IMG/VR virus record: IMGVR_UViG_3300044711_000095 | Location: 1 to 64,000 of that record | DNA: 64,000 bases | DNA from: a virus | Lineage: Duplodnaviria; Caudoviricetes | Reading direction: 5' to 3' (one strand) | Shown: in pieces, positions 54,312-63,059 of the stretch | How positions within the stretch are numbered: position 1 is the first letter of the stretch | Layout: each line of letters opens with the position of its first letter | Made by a program: the position numbers and the translations under genes | Notes under the pieces: model-generated | The model's database searches: none | Seen by the model: the letters and a program-made list of their open reading frames with translations, nothing else | Told to the model about the DNA's origin: nothing

Positions 54312-54823
54312 GCGAGGGCACCGAACTGGACGTCGTGGACGTCGACGTCGAGGACACCCCCGGAACCGACCTCGCCATCCCTGGGGAGGCCGCCCTGGAG
54401 GAGGTCGTCGACGGGGTGATCGAACCGGAGGACACCGAGCCCGGGGAGATCGTCGTTGACGACATCGGACTGGCGTACCCGGAGCACCAGCCCCGGCAGG
54501 CCACGTCGGACGCCGCCGACGCGGCGACCACTGGTGAGGGATTCTCCGGCGCTGGCTTCAAGTGGACGAAGGACGGCACCGGGAACGGACCCGGCGGGGG
54601 CGGCGGAAGGTCGAAGCCGGGCCGGCGCAGGCTGGGGCGCCGCGGTTCCGGCGGTGGTGGCGGTTCGGGGGGTGGGTTCCATTTCTCCCTGATCGGCGCG
54701 ATCTTCCCGAACGCCGCCTTGATCAAGACAGGGTCGATTGCCTCGAACAACGCGTCCGGCAACGCCCCGTCCGTGATCTCCACCGGTCGACCCGCCCGCA
54801 AGCCCCGCCCCCGACGGAAGTGA
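54308..54823 (+). CDS. Acidic N-term / Gly-Arg-rich C-term hypothetical protein
   Basis: GGAGG RBS; directly before TraB. Confidence 0.5.
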   Translation: MSEGTELDVVDVDVEDTPGTDLAIPGEAALEEVVDGVIEPEDTEPGEIVVDDIGLAYPEHQPRQATSDAADAATTGEGFSGAGFKWTKDGTGNGPGGGGGRSKPGRRRLGRRGSGGGGGSGGGFHFSLIGAIFPNAALIKTGSIASNNASGNAPSVISTGRPARKPRPRRK

Positions 54824-54833
54824 GGTGCCAGCC

Positions 54834-57035
54834 GTGACGACCTTCGATGAGGCCCCCACCACCACGACCAACCCCGGTGTCACGACGGGCGCCGACATCG
54901 TCGGTGACGCCACCGACGCGTTGAAGGCCGCCACCGGCCGTGTCGCGCCCGCCGCTGGCGCTGCCGCGGCCCGGACCAGGGACGCGGGCCGCAAGGCCGC
55001 CGAGAGCGCCGGGAAGGCCGCCAGGGGCTCCCTACGGCTCATGGTGGCCGGCCTGGCCACGGCGTGGCCGGCGTACCTCGACTGGCGGGCCGTCACCGAA
55101 GCCGACCCCGACATCGACGCCGCCCGCGCCGCCGGGTCCTTCGACCGGGTGAAAGATTTCCAGGCGCAGCAGCGCAACGAGGCCCTGCACCGCACCGAGC
55201 TGGCCGCCGCCGCCGCCCGCGTCGGTGTCGCGGTCCTGTTCGGCGGGTGGCTCCTCGCGACCATCGCCCACGTCGCGGCCTGCGCCGCCGCGTTCGCGAT
55301 CTCCCGGGAGATGAAACCGAACCCGCAGAAGTTCCCCGAACCGAAGGCCCGCGCCCAGGTCCGGTTCCGTCACGCCCTGGTCGCCGCCCTCGTTTCCGCG
55401 GCCCTGACGTTCGTGGACGCCGCCGTCCTCGGCGTCGGATGGGGGGTCCTGCCGTTCACCGCCCACCCGGCGGGGTTCTGCTGGGGCTGGGACCGCGTGT
55501 TCCTGGCCTGGCCGGGCGCGGCGCTGGTCCTGGTGCTGTTGGCGCTCATGAAGATGGCGTGGAACGGGACCGTCGCCGATGACCTGCCGTCCGACCTGGC
55601 GCCCGCCGAGGTGGAGAAAGTCGACACCACCGAGAACGTGATCATCGCCGCGTTGAAGGCGTCCTCGATCAAACTGCCCCCCGACGCCGACCCGGCCATC
55701 GTGTCGCCCGGCGTCACCTGGCACGCCGGCGGCACCGTGTGGCGCTGCCACCTCGACACCGCCAAGGGCGGCCGGGGCCCGTCCGCCGCACCCATCGTCG
55801 AACCGAAACCCGCCGAAGACTTCGCTGCCCGCCTCGGCCTCGGCCCGAAGCGTCTCCACATGCACATCGACCCTGACCTCGGGTCCCGCGTCGAACTGAT
55901 CGGCGTCATCGGCGACCCGTGGGGTCCCCCGACCAGGTCCCCGCTGATGGACGTCGACCGGTGGGACCTGTGGCAGGGCGTCCCGTTCGGGATGGACATC
56001 ATGAAGCAGCGGGTCGACGTTCAGGTCGCGTTCCGTAACCGCCTCCACGGCGGCGCACCCGACGCTGGGAAGTCCACCTCCACGTACCCGGTGCAGGCCG
56101 CGTTCGTCCTGTCCCCGAACTCCCGGCTGTGGGTCCTGGACGGCGGGGAAGTCGACACGAAACCGCTGTACGACCACGGGCTGACCTACCGGTGGTGCAA
56201 CAACAACCAGGACGACGCCCTCGACATCCTCATGGAGCTGGACGCGGAGGTGGAGCGCCGGCAGACGATGCTCGGCGAGTACGGGAAGGACCACCCCCGG
56301 CTGGGGAAGAAGGTTTCTCTCCAGTTCTTCGCCGATCACGGCCTCGGGTTCGACCTGCTGCTGTGGGACGAGATGGCCACGTTCACCAACTCCGGGGACA
56401 AGGCCCTCGCCCGGGACATCATGAAAACCGGTACGTCGATCTTCCAGCGGTGCCGGAAGGTCGGGATCCACGTCCTGCTGTCCACCCAATCCCCGTCCAG
56501 TCTCGCGATCGACACGGACGGCCGGGACGTCATCTCCGACCGGTACGCCCTGGCCTGCTCCACCCCCCAAATGTCCGACAAGATCCTCGGGCAGGGGCAT
56601 GTCGCCGAGGGAACGAACGCCGCGAAACTGACCGTCGGGGACCGCCTCGGGTACCTGTCGGACTCCTCCGGGGACCGCCTGGTCCGTGCGGACTACCTCA
56701 CCGACGACGACATGGACATCGTGTACGCCCGCGGGAAAGCCCTACGGAAGGGCCGCGTGGACACCAGGGCCGGGTCGGTCCCCCCGCTGGTGTCCGCGGC
56801 GGTACGTCTGCTGCGGGAGCGGGGCGTCGAGTGGATGCACACCGCGGAAGTCGTGGGCCGGCTGCGCGCGGCCGGCCATGACCTGTCGGAGGGTGTGAAG
56901 GGGCAGCGGGAGTTGGCTGCCGCCCTGAAGCCGTTCGGTGCCGCGTCGGTCGAGGTGCGCGCCGATGGGGGCCGCGCCCGGTACCTGCTGGACGACCTGG
57001 AGGCCGCCCTCCGCAAGGCTGGTGGCGGACAGTGA
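54834..57035 (+). CDS. traB: TraB-like FtsK/SpoIIIE DNA translocase (actinomycete conjugative transfer)
   Basis: N-terminal TM helices; Walker A GAPDAGKS, Walker B LLWDE, RKVGIHVLLSTQSP; C-terminal wHTH (WMHTAEVVGRL). Confidence 0.85.
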   Translation: MTTFDEAPTTTTNPGVTTGADIVGDATDALKAATGRVAPAAGAAAARTRDAGRKAAESAGKAARGSLRLMVAGLATAWPAYLDWRAVTEADPDIDAARAAGSFDRVKDFQAQQRNEALHRTELAAAAARVGVAVLFGGWLLATIAHVAACAAAFAISREMKPNPQKFPEPKARAQVRFRHALVAALVSAALTFVDAAVLGVGWGVLPFTAHPAGFCWGWDRVFLAWPGAALVLVLLALMKMAWNGTVADDLPSDLAPAEVEKVDTTENVIIAALKASSIKLPPDADPAIVSPGVTWHAGGTVWRCHLDTAKGGRGPSAAPIVEPKPAEDFAARLGLGPKRLHMHIDPDLGSRVELIGVIGDPWGPPTRSPLMDVDRWDLWQGVPFGMDIMKQRVDVQVAFRNRLHGGAPDAGKSTSTYPVQAAFVLSPNSRLWVLDGGEVDTKPLYDHGLTYRWCNNNQDDALDILMELDAEVERRQTMLGEYGKDHPRLGKKVSLQFFADHGLGFDLLLWDEMATFTNSGDKALARDIMKTGTSIFQRCRKVGIHVLLSTQSPSSLAIDTDGRDVISDRYALACSTPQMSDKILGQGHVAEGTNAAKLTVGDRLGYLSDSSGDRLVRADYLTDDDMDIVYARGKALRKGRVDTRAGSVPPLVSAAVRLLRERGVEWMHTAEVVGRLRAAGHDLSEGVKGQRELAAALKPFGAASVEVRADGGRARYLLDDLEAALRKAGGGQ

Positions 57036-57036
57036 C

Positions 57037-57176
57037 GACCCCTGCGGTGACTCCTGCCGCGACCCCTGGCCGACCCCTGCGGCATCCCTGCACGTCAGGG
57101 GTAACACATGACCCCCGCAGGGGTCCCGCAGGGGTTCGTGCAGGGGTCCCGCAGGCCAGCCCGAAACAACCCCTGT
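57037..57176. repeat. clt-like array of 9-bp GACCCCTGC repeats, direct then inverted, ~11-12 bp period
   Basis: Direct at 57037, 57049, 57061, 57072, 57083; inverted GCAGGGGTY at 57117, 57128, 57140 (partial 57151). Confidence 0.75.
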
Positions 57177-57220
57177 CGTCACCGAATGTGACGCTTGTAT
57201 CGATACAGGACGGAGCCGAG

Positions 57221-58192
57221 ATGGCGCCCGAGACGACCTACCCGGCCGCCCCTGCGGCGCCCACCCACCCACAGCGCGCCGACGCCGCCCGCCTGCGCGA
57301 CGAAGCCCGCCAGGTCCGCACCGCCAGCTCGGTCCTGCCCTGGGTGCTGGCCCTCCTCGGCCTCGGGAGCCTCGCCTTCACGATGGTCAACGTCTTCACC
57401 CTCGCCGTGAAGCACGGTGTCCCCCGGGAAATCGCGTGGCTCTTGGACCCGCTGATGTCCATCAGCCTCCTCGCCGTACTCATCGGCGACTCCGTCCTGT
57501 CCCGGTTCGGGGTCCGCTCCCCGGCCTGGGCTCAGACCCTCAAGTACGCCGCCGGCCTCGCCACCCTCGCCATGAACATCTGGCAACCGGTCGCCGACCA
57601 CGACCGTGCCGGGGTCCTCATCCACGCGTCCGTCCCGGCCCTACTGGTGCTGCTCGCCGAAGCCACCCCGGCCATCCGGCGTCTGTTCAGCGACCTCGCC
57701 GACGACCTTCACCGACGCGCCCTGGCGGCCGAACTGGATGCCGACGAGAAGGACGCCGCCAACGCCCGCCGGAAGGCCATCGACGACGCCGCGACGGCCG
57801 CCGAGATCGCCCGCCTCGACGCGGAACGGAAGGCCGCTGAGAAGGTCGCCCGAGCGGCCGACAAGGACACCCCGAGGACCACCTCGACGTCCGCCCCACC
57901 GCCCCCGCGACGGACGTCCAAGAAGGACGCCCACGCCCTGCCACCTGGCCTTACGCCCAACGAAATCGCCGTCTACTCGATCATGCTGGGGCGGGGGCAG
58001 ATGACCCGGGCGTCCATCTTCACCGACTCCGGGCTGCCCGAACGGGGCGCCAAGGACGCCCTCGAACGGCTCTGCTCCCGCGGCCTTGTCGCGTCCGTCA
58101 GCCGGGGCGTGTACGAGACGTCGGGGCCCGCTGACCCTGAGCCAGAAATGGACGCCGCCGCGGTCGCCGAGACGGCCGGTGAAGGGTCGTGA
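57221..58192 (+). CDS. SpdA/DUF2637-like plasmid spread membrane protein with C-terminal wHTH
   Basis: GGAG RBS; AWLLDPLMS..LLAVL, ATLAMNIW, LIHASVPALLVLLAE; coiled coil; HTH TRASI..DSGL..GAKDALERL..RGLV. Confidence 0.7.
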   Translation: MAPETTYPAAPAAPTHPQRADAARLRDEARQVRTASSVLPWVLALLGLGSLAFTMVNVFTLAVKHGVPREIAWLLDPLMSISLLAVLIGDSVLSRFGVRSPAWAQTLKYAAGLATLAMNIWQPVADHDRAGVLIHASVPALLVLLAEATPAIRRLFSDLADDLHRRALAAELDADEKDAANARRKAIDDAATAAEIARLDAERKAAEKVARAADKDTPRTTSTSAPPPPRRTSKKDAHALPPGLTPNEIAVYSIMLGRGQMTRASIFTDSGLPERGAKDALERLCSRGLVASVSRGVYETSGPADPEPEMDAAAVAETAGEGS

Positions 58193-58767
58193 GCGGGTAC
58201 CGGGGGGCCCTCCTCAACCCGGCGGTGTTCCTCCCGACGTGGGGCCGGTACGCGGATCGATGGTGGCACCGGGCGTCGTCCTGTCTGGCCACGCTGGAGG
58301 GCGCCCACGCCCTGGGGTGGCCGCTGTGGCAGGTCATCTCCGGGGCGGCGGTCTCGGCGTTCTTCGGCGGGGGGAAGTTCTCACCGGACTGTGACTTGAG
58401 GTGGGCAGCGAAGAAGATCGACGCCGCGTTGCCCGACGAACGGCTCGGCGGACACGGGCCCCTCGGGCACCATGGGTGGACGCACAGCCCGTGGGTTCCC
58501 CTACTCGCCATCGTGGGGATCTACGCCGTCGCGCCGTGGGCGTGGTTCGCGCTCGCGGGGGCTGCCGCATGGCTCTGGCATGATCTTGGTGATGCTCTGG
58601 TCGGCCGTGGCGGGGCGATGATCCCCGCCGGGATACCTCTCTGGCCCCTGCCGGGCCGGCTAGCGGTCGGGACGTTCAAGTCCGGTGGTTTGACCGGCCG
58701 GGTGCTCACGGTCTGCTGCTGGGCATCGATCGGGTGGCAACTGTGGTCGTGGAAGGGGGGTGTGTGA
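58189..58767 (+). CDS. YdjM-like metal-dependent membrane hydrolase
   Basis: PDCD...HHGWTHSP...HDLGDALVGRGG..P..PL.P. Confidence 0.7.
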   Translation: MSGYRGALLNPAVFLPTWGRYADRWWHRASSCLATLEGAHALGWPLWQVISGAAVSAFFGGGKFSPDCDLRWAAKKIDAALPDERLGGHGPLGHHGWTHSPWVPLLAIVGIYAVAPWAWFALAGAAAWLWHDLGDALVGRGGAMIPAGIPLWPLPGRLAVGTFKSGGLTGRVLTVCCWASIGWQLWSWKGGV

Positions 58768-58955
58768 TGGCCGACGGAACCGGTGGCGTCCTCATCGGCG
58801 GTGTCCTCGCTGTCCTCGGGGCGCGGTGGGTGTGGAACCGGGTGATGTTCCCGGTCCGGGTGTGCCCGCCATGTAAGGGCACCGGGGAGATCGTGTCCCC
58901 GGACGGGAAGCGGGTCCGGCCGTGCTCGAAGTGCGGGTCGACGGGCCGGCTGTAG
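58767..58955 (+). CDS. TM plus DnaJ-type Zn finger small protein (AICE-like accessory)
   Basis: CPPCKGTG...CSKCGSTG. Confidence 0.65.
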   Translation: MADGTGGVLIGGVLAVLGARWVWNRVMFPVRVCPPCKGTGEIVSPDGKRVRPCSKCGSTGRL

Positions 58956-59009
58956 GCCGTACGGGTGGCGGCCCAGCAACCCCCATGATCAACTTGGGAG
59001 GATGGTGGG

Positions 59010-59150
59010 ATGCGCACCATCACCCGACGCATCCACGCAGCGTTCACCGCCGGCCCCAACACCACCCGCGTCGACACCTACATCGCCCTGGCCACCGTCG
59101 CGGTCCCCGCGTACACCGCAGCGTGGATCCTGTCCCACTTCCTCCCCTGA
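59010..59150 (+). CDS. Small membrane protein (46 aa)
   Basis: GGGAGG RBS; MRTITRRIHAAF...YIALATVAVPAYTAAWILSHFLP. Confidence 0.5.
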   Translation: MRTITRRIHAAFTAGPNTTRVDTYIALATVAVPAYTAAWILSHFLP

Positions 59151-59164
59151 CCCCGGACAGCACT

Positions 59165-59199
59165 GTGCCCCCACCCTCAGGCCACGAGGGTGGGGGCGC
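59165..59199. terminator. Terminator-like hairpin at convergent junction
   Basis: GCCCCCACCCTC-7-GAGGGTGGGGGC. Confidence 0.7.
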
Positions 59200-59233
59200 A
59201 GTCGTTCACCCAGGTACACCAGCAACCAGCGGG

Positions 59234-59422
59234 TTACGTGCTGGAGCCGCGGGCCGCGCGGCGCCGGGCCACGTGGATCAGTCGGCGGGCGCGGCCGTTC
59301 TTCTGGGCGTCCCAGTCGTTCTGGCTCATCGCTGAGATCGCCTCGTCCAGCGATGTCGCCAGAGCGTCAGCCAGCTCCTGGTCACTGAGCGCGGACTCGA
59401 TCTTGACGTACGGGTCTTCCAT
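59234..59422 (-). CDS. Hypothetical protein
   Basis: GGGAG RBS; MEDPYVKIESALSD. Confidence 0.55.
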   Translation of the reverse strand: MEDPYVKIESALSDQELADALATSLDEAISAMSQNDWDAQKNGRARRLIHVARRRAARGSST

Positions 59423-59452
59423 GATTCGATCTCCCAATCTCGTCGTTACCGG

Positions 59453-59564
59453 TCAGCGCCCGAAGTGGGGATTGGTCTTCGCGCCGAATATTCCCATGCA
59501 GGGATGCCCCGGGCGGGCACCGCAAGTCCTACAGCGGGCGGTGCAGGGGGCCGGACAGGGCCAT
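59453..59564 (-). pseudogene. Possible frameshifted Zn-finger mini-gene
   Basis: AAGGAG RBS + ATG; removing one C from a C5 run gives MALSGPCTARCRTCGARPGHPC...PHFGR. Confidence 0.3.
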
Positions 59565-59668
59565 GGCTTTCTCCTTCTGGTTGGTTTCACCTGGTTGGTG
59601 ACTACTCCGATGCCTTGAAGGCGCCGGCTTCTCTTGACGCGCAAGCGGCATGAAGGGCCAGCCCAGCC

Positions 59669-59980
59669 CTACCGGGACACCGGTTTCCCGGCGACGGCGG
59701 CAGCGACGGCGGCGCGGGCCTGGGGGATGTCCACGACCACGTCCCGGCCGTAGTCGACGGTCGGCGCCCAGTCCGGGATGGGGTGGCTGGAGCACGCCGC
59801 CCAGTCCAGCTTGGCCGGGTCAGCGCCGGAGAGGGCGCCCGCGTACAGGTACCTGGTGACCTGCGGCCCATCCCCGGTGTAGTGGGGTCCGCCGGTCCCA
59901 CACTGGCAGCACCCCTCGGGGATGCCGGCGTAACGGCGGTCGCGCCAGGTGGCGAGGATGGTCTTGAGAAGGTGCCGCAT
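59669..59980 (-). CDS. Hypothetical protein (CxxC)
   Basis: GGGAG RBS. Confidence 0.6.
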   Translation of the reverse strand: MRHLLKTILATWRDRRYAGIPEGCCQCGTGGPHYTGDGPQVTRYLYAGALSGADPAKLDWAACSSHPIPDWAPTVDYGRDVVVDIPQARAAVAAAVAGKPVSR

Positions 59981-60020
59981 GGTGGTCTCCCTGGTAGGTG
60001 ATGGGCTGGTGTGGATCGGC

Positions 60021-60230
60021 TCAGTGCCAGTTCAAGCCGGTGATCAGGTCGGCGACGGCGAGGGACGCATGGACCTGGGCCCGCCGCTCGACGGACGCCA
60101 CGAGCTGCCACAGGTGGGTCTCGGCTGCGTCGTTCCGGCCGCCGACCGGCACTTGGTCGATGTACGCACGCAGCCGGTCGGACTCGGCGAGCAGACGCTC
60201 GGCCTCGGAGCGGTGGCCGAAGTTCGTCAT
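60021..60230 (-). CDS. Hypothetical protein
   Basis: HRSEAERLL...AQVHASLA pattern. Confidence 0.6.
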   Translation of the reverse strand: MTNFGHRSEAERLLAESDRLRAYIDQVPVGGRNDAAETHLWQLVASVERRAQVHASLAVADLITGLNWH

Positions 60231-60376
60231 CGCTGCCCCATTCGAGGCCGCGCCTGGTAGACGGATGCCGTCCCGCAGGACTTCCGGCCGCTGTCGGTGT
60301 GCACCCATCGGGTGCCGTTGCGCTTGATCACGCCGTGGCAGTGGGCGCACTGCGCCAGTTGGGCCGGAGCGGTCAC
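60227..60376 (-). CDS. Small Zn-binding protein
   Basis: AGGAGG RBS; CAHC...WVH..SG...C. Confidence 0.55.
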   Translation of the reverse strand: MTAPAQLAQCAHCHGVIKRNGTRWVHTDSGRKSCGTASVYQARPRMGQR

Positions 60377-60648
60377 CGTCCCGCCTCCTGTCGATACTCG
60401 GCCCGGATCGCCCGGGTGCACGCGTCCATCGCCCCGGCCACGTCGGGGTGGCCAGCGTTCCGCAGCCGGTCCGCCAGGATCTTCCGGCCCAGGGTGACCT
60501 CGCTGTCCCAGGCGCCCGGGTCGGGGGCGACCGCCTGCTGGGCGAGGGCGGTGCGCAGGTACTCGGTCGGCCGGCGGCGCCCCGGCGGGGCGTCCTCGAC
60601 GGCGGCGAGGATCTGCGCGTCGGTGGGGGTGTTGGTCGTGGCGCTCAT
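60373..60648 (-). CDS. Hypothetical protein
   Basis: GGAG RBS; overlaps. Confidence 0.55.
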   Translation of the reverse strand: MSATTNTPTDAQILAAVEDAPPGRRRPTEYLRTALAQQAVAPDPGAWDSEVTLGRKILADRLRNAGHPDVAGAMDACTRAIRAEYRQEAGR

Positions 60649-60953
60649 CGGTCCGTCTCCCCGCCCGTGAGGTCGGCCTGCTCCCACATGCCGGGCAGCT
60701 CGGCGGCCTGCGTCGCGTCGTCGACCAGGGCCTGGTGCTCCCCGACGAGGCGGCGCAGGATCTCCAGCGACCCGAGGGACTCGAAGCCGCCGCCGTCGAT
60801 GAGCTTCCAGGCCAGCGCCGTGCCGGCGTGGGCCTCGGCGATCTCCAGCACCTGGTCGACGTCCCAGTTGGCGCGGGCCGTCTCGATGACGACGCCATCG
60901 TGTGCGACCTCCCAGGGGCCGCCGTCGTCGTCGCGGGTCACGGTGTACGGCAT
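60645..60953 (-). CDS. Hypothetical protein
   Basis: GGGAAG RBS. Confidence 0.55.
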   Translation of the reverse strand: MPYTVTRDDDGGPWEVAHDGVVIETARANWDVDQVLEIAEAHAGTALAWKLIDGGGFESLGSLEILRRLVGEHQALVDDATQAAELPGMWEQADLTGGETDR

Positions 60954-60956
60954 CGG

Positions 60957-61529
60957 TCAGCTTCCCTGCACTTGGTCGGCGATGGCGGCGCGGATGAAGA
61001 CGACCGATGACGGGTCCACGACGTCGTACTCCACGTCCGGCCGGATGGTCTCGGTGTCGCCGCCGTGGAACGCCACGGACCAGGTCTGCGAGTCCAGGTA
61101 CGGCATCGTGATCCGGAAGATCATCCGGGCTCCGCGGTGGTCCAGACTGTCCAGCCAGTCGGTGAGCTTCAGATCACGGCCGAACGTCTTGCGGATCCGG
61201 GTGTACCACTGTGCGTGCTCGGGCAGCGTGGTCACGTCAATGCCGGTCGGCAGCGGGTTGTCGATGTACCCGGCGACCGGCGCCGGCACGATGTACGACT
61301 GGCCGGGCGGGCACGTGAATACCACGGCCCCGGCGTCGTCACGGACCACGTACCGGTCGCCCTCGAACGTGGCCTTCAAGGTCAGATGCTGCACGACGGC
61401 GGTGACGGCAGCCTCGACCCGCTCCTGGTGCGGCTCGCGGTCGGTGCCGGTTCCGGGCCACTGGCATCCGTCGCCGGCGGCGTTGCCGCAGATGGGGCAG
61501 GCGACGGTGAGGGCGTCGGGGCTGGTCAT
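60957..61529 (-). CDS. Hypothetical protein with N-terminal Zn finger
   Basis: AGGAG RBS; ALTVACPIC..AAGDGC...PH..R. Confidence 0.65.
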   Translation of the reverse strand: MTSPDALTVACPICGNAAGDGCQWPGTGTDREPHQERVEAAVTAVVQHLTLKATFEGDRYVVRDDAGAVVFTCPPGQSYIVPAPVAGYIDNPLPTGIDVTTLPEHAQWYTRIRKTFGRDLKLTDWLDSLDHRGARMIFRITMPYLDSQTWSVAFHGGDTETIRPDVEYDVVDPSSVVFIRAAIADQVQGS

Positions 61530-61627
61530 GGCGTTCTCCTGAAGATCGATGCGGCAAGAGGGTTTGTTCGGGCGCCCCGGGCTGGAGTCGATCCGGCGCC
61601 ATCGCGGCGGGGTCTGGGGCTGGCGGG

Positions 61628-61894
61628 TCAGGCGGAAGCGGCCCTGGCCGCTTCGAGCTGCTCGGACGAGTCGAACGTCTCGACCACCTTCCGGCTCCCG
61701 TCGTCGGCGACCTCCACGATCTCGACGCGGCAGGTGGCTGCGCGCCCGCCGTCCACGGCAGACAGCGGACCTCGGGCGTGCAGCCGGGCGTCGTGGATGG
61801 ACGAGGCGACGATGCTGCCGCGCCGCTCGGTGTCCAGTCCGGCGTCGAAGGTGTAGAGGGCTCGGTGGGTGGAGCGGGAGCCGCGCTTGGCCAT
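61628..61894 (-). CDS. Hypothetical protein
   Basis: GGAGG RBS; MAKRGSRST. Confidence 0.55.
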   Translation of the reverse strand: MAKRGSRSTHRALYTFDAGLDTERRGSIVASSIHDARLHARGPLSAVDGGRAATCRVEIVEVADDGSRKVVETFDSSEQLEAARAASA

Positions 61895-61932
61895 CTGTCG
61901 GTCCTCCAGGGGGATGATGCGGAGCCAGCGGG

Positions 61933-62085
61933 TCAGCCGATCGGCGTGATGTTCGGGTACAGCGCGCCGACCTCGCGGCCGTGCGCCATCACGTACCGGC
62001 CGAGGGCGATGAGCGCCTCGTTCTCCGTGCCGAACTGGCCGAGCACCTGCGTGTCCTCGTACTCGCCGATCGTCAACTGGAACAT
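61933..62085 (-). CDS. Small hypothetical protein (50 aa)
   Basis: GGAGG RBS; MFQLTIGEYEDTQVLGQFGTENEAL. Confidence 0.6.
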   Translation of the reverse strand: MFQLTIGEYEDTQVLGQFGTENEALIALGRYVMAHGREVGALYPNITPIG

Positions 62086-62125
62086 GGTGGCCTCCGGTTG
62101 GTGCGGGGTGGTTGGTGTGGTTCCA

Positions 62126-62173
62126 CTCTAGCAGGCAAAAGGATAGACGTCTACCCGGACGTTGTGTTAACCT
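62126..62173. promoter_or_regulatory. Divergent promoter pair with palindrome TAGACGTCTA
   Basis: Leftward TAGACG-17 bp-TAGAGT; rightward -10 TAACCT 6 nt before ATG 62180. Confidence 0.5.
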
Positions 62174-62179
62174 TGTGCC

Positions 62180-62428
62180 ATGAAGAACCCCACACCCCAG
62201 GACCAGGCGCTCCCCGCCCCGCCCAAGGACGTGGCCCAGATCCCCGACGCCGCCACCCGCGTCCGCGCCGCCGTCGAAGCCGCCACCCGCGTCCAACACC
62301 TCGACAAGGAATACCGCGACATCCGCGACGCCGGCCTCCGCGAACTCCGCGCCGCCGGGCACACCCTGGCCGCCATCCAGGCCGAGACCGGCGTCAACGT
62401 CCACACCGTGAAAGCGATCGTCCGGTGA
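62180..62428 (+). CDS. HTH DNA-binding protein, probably leaderless
   Basis: IRDAGLRELRAAGHTLAAIQAETGVNVHTVKAIV. Confidence 0.7.
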   Translation: MKNPTPQDQALPAPPKDVAQIPDAATRVRAAVEAATRVQHLDKEYRDIRDAGLRELRAAGHTLAAIQAETGVNVHTVKAIVR

Positions 62429-62808
62429 CCGGCCGCCCCCTCGGCCCGGCGACCATCGCCTACACCGAACTGGTCGCCCGGCTCACCGCCACCTACCGGG
62501 CCAACCTCGACGAGGTCGCCCGCGCTGCCTTGGCCGCCGACATCGAACGGAACCAGCAGCGGGTCGCCGAGCAGGGCCCGGACTGGCTCCACGACGATCC
62601 GGTGCTGCCCATGTTCACCGTGGACGTCGAGCCCAGTCACGGAACGGGCGGGCACTTCTGGATGGCCCGCTGCCCCCACTGCCCGACGCCCAGCGGCTAC
62701 ACCGGCCCCGTTCCGGACCAGAACGGCGACCTCCTGCACAACACCGAGGAGCAGGCGCGGGAAACCGCTGACCGCCACGAGGCGTGGCACCAGAACCGGG
62801 GATGGTAA
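62425..62808 (+). CDS. Hypothetical protein (C-terminal CxxC/H)
   Basis: GTGA overlap. Confidence 0.55.
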   Translation: MTGRPLGPATIAYTELVARLTATYRANLDEVARAALAADIERNQQRVAEQGPDWLHDDPVLPMFTVDVEPSHGTGGHFWMARCPHCPTPSGYTGPVPDQNGDLLHNTEEQARETADRHEAWHQNRGW

Positions 62809-63059
62809 CCGTGGACGTCCGCACCCAAGCGACCATCGAACTCTCGAAGGCACTCACCTACCGGGGGCAGCCCGGCACCCGCCGCAAGTACGAGACGGCC
62901 CTGCCCCTGGTCCTGGACACGGCCGCTGCCCTGGCCGCCGTATGCGACGACCCCCGGATGATCCCCGACGCCGTCGAACGGAACAAGGCGAAGGCGCAGA
63001 TCCTGGACGCCCTCCTCGCCGTCCACACCGACACCCTGTCCCGCCTCGCCGCCTCATAG
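62802..63059 (+). CDS. Hypothetical protein
   Basis: Phage-like codon usage. Confidence 0.5.
   Translation: MVTVDVRTQATIELSKALTYRGQPGTRRKYETALPLVLDTAAALAAVCDDPRMIPDAVERNKAKAQILDALLAVHTDTLSRLAAS

Noticed and set aside
57032-57220. N-terminal extension of the Spd-like protein as given in the ORF track
   Set aside because: The segment is the periodic repeat array; a GGAG RBS precedes ATG 57221.
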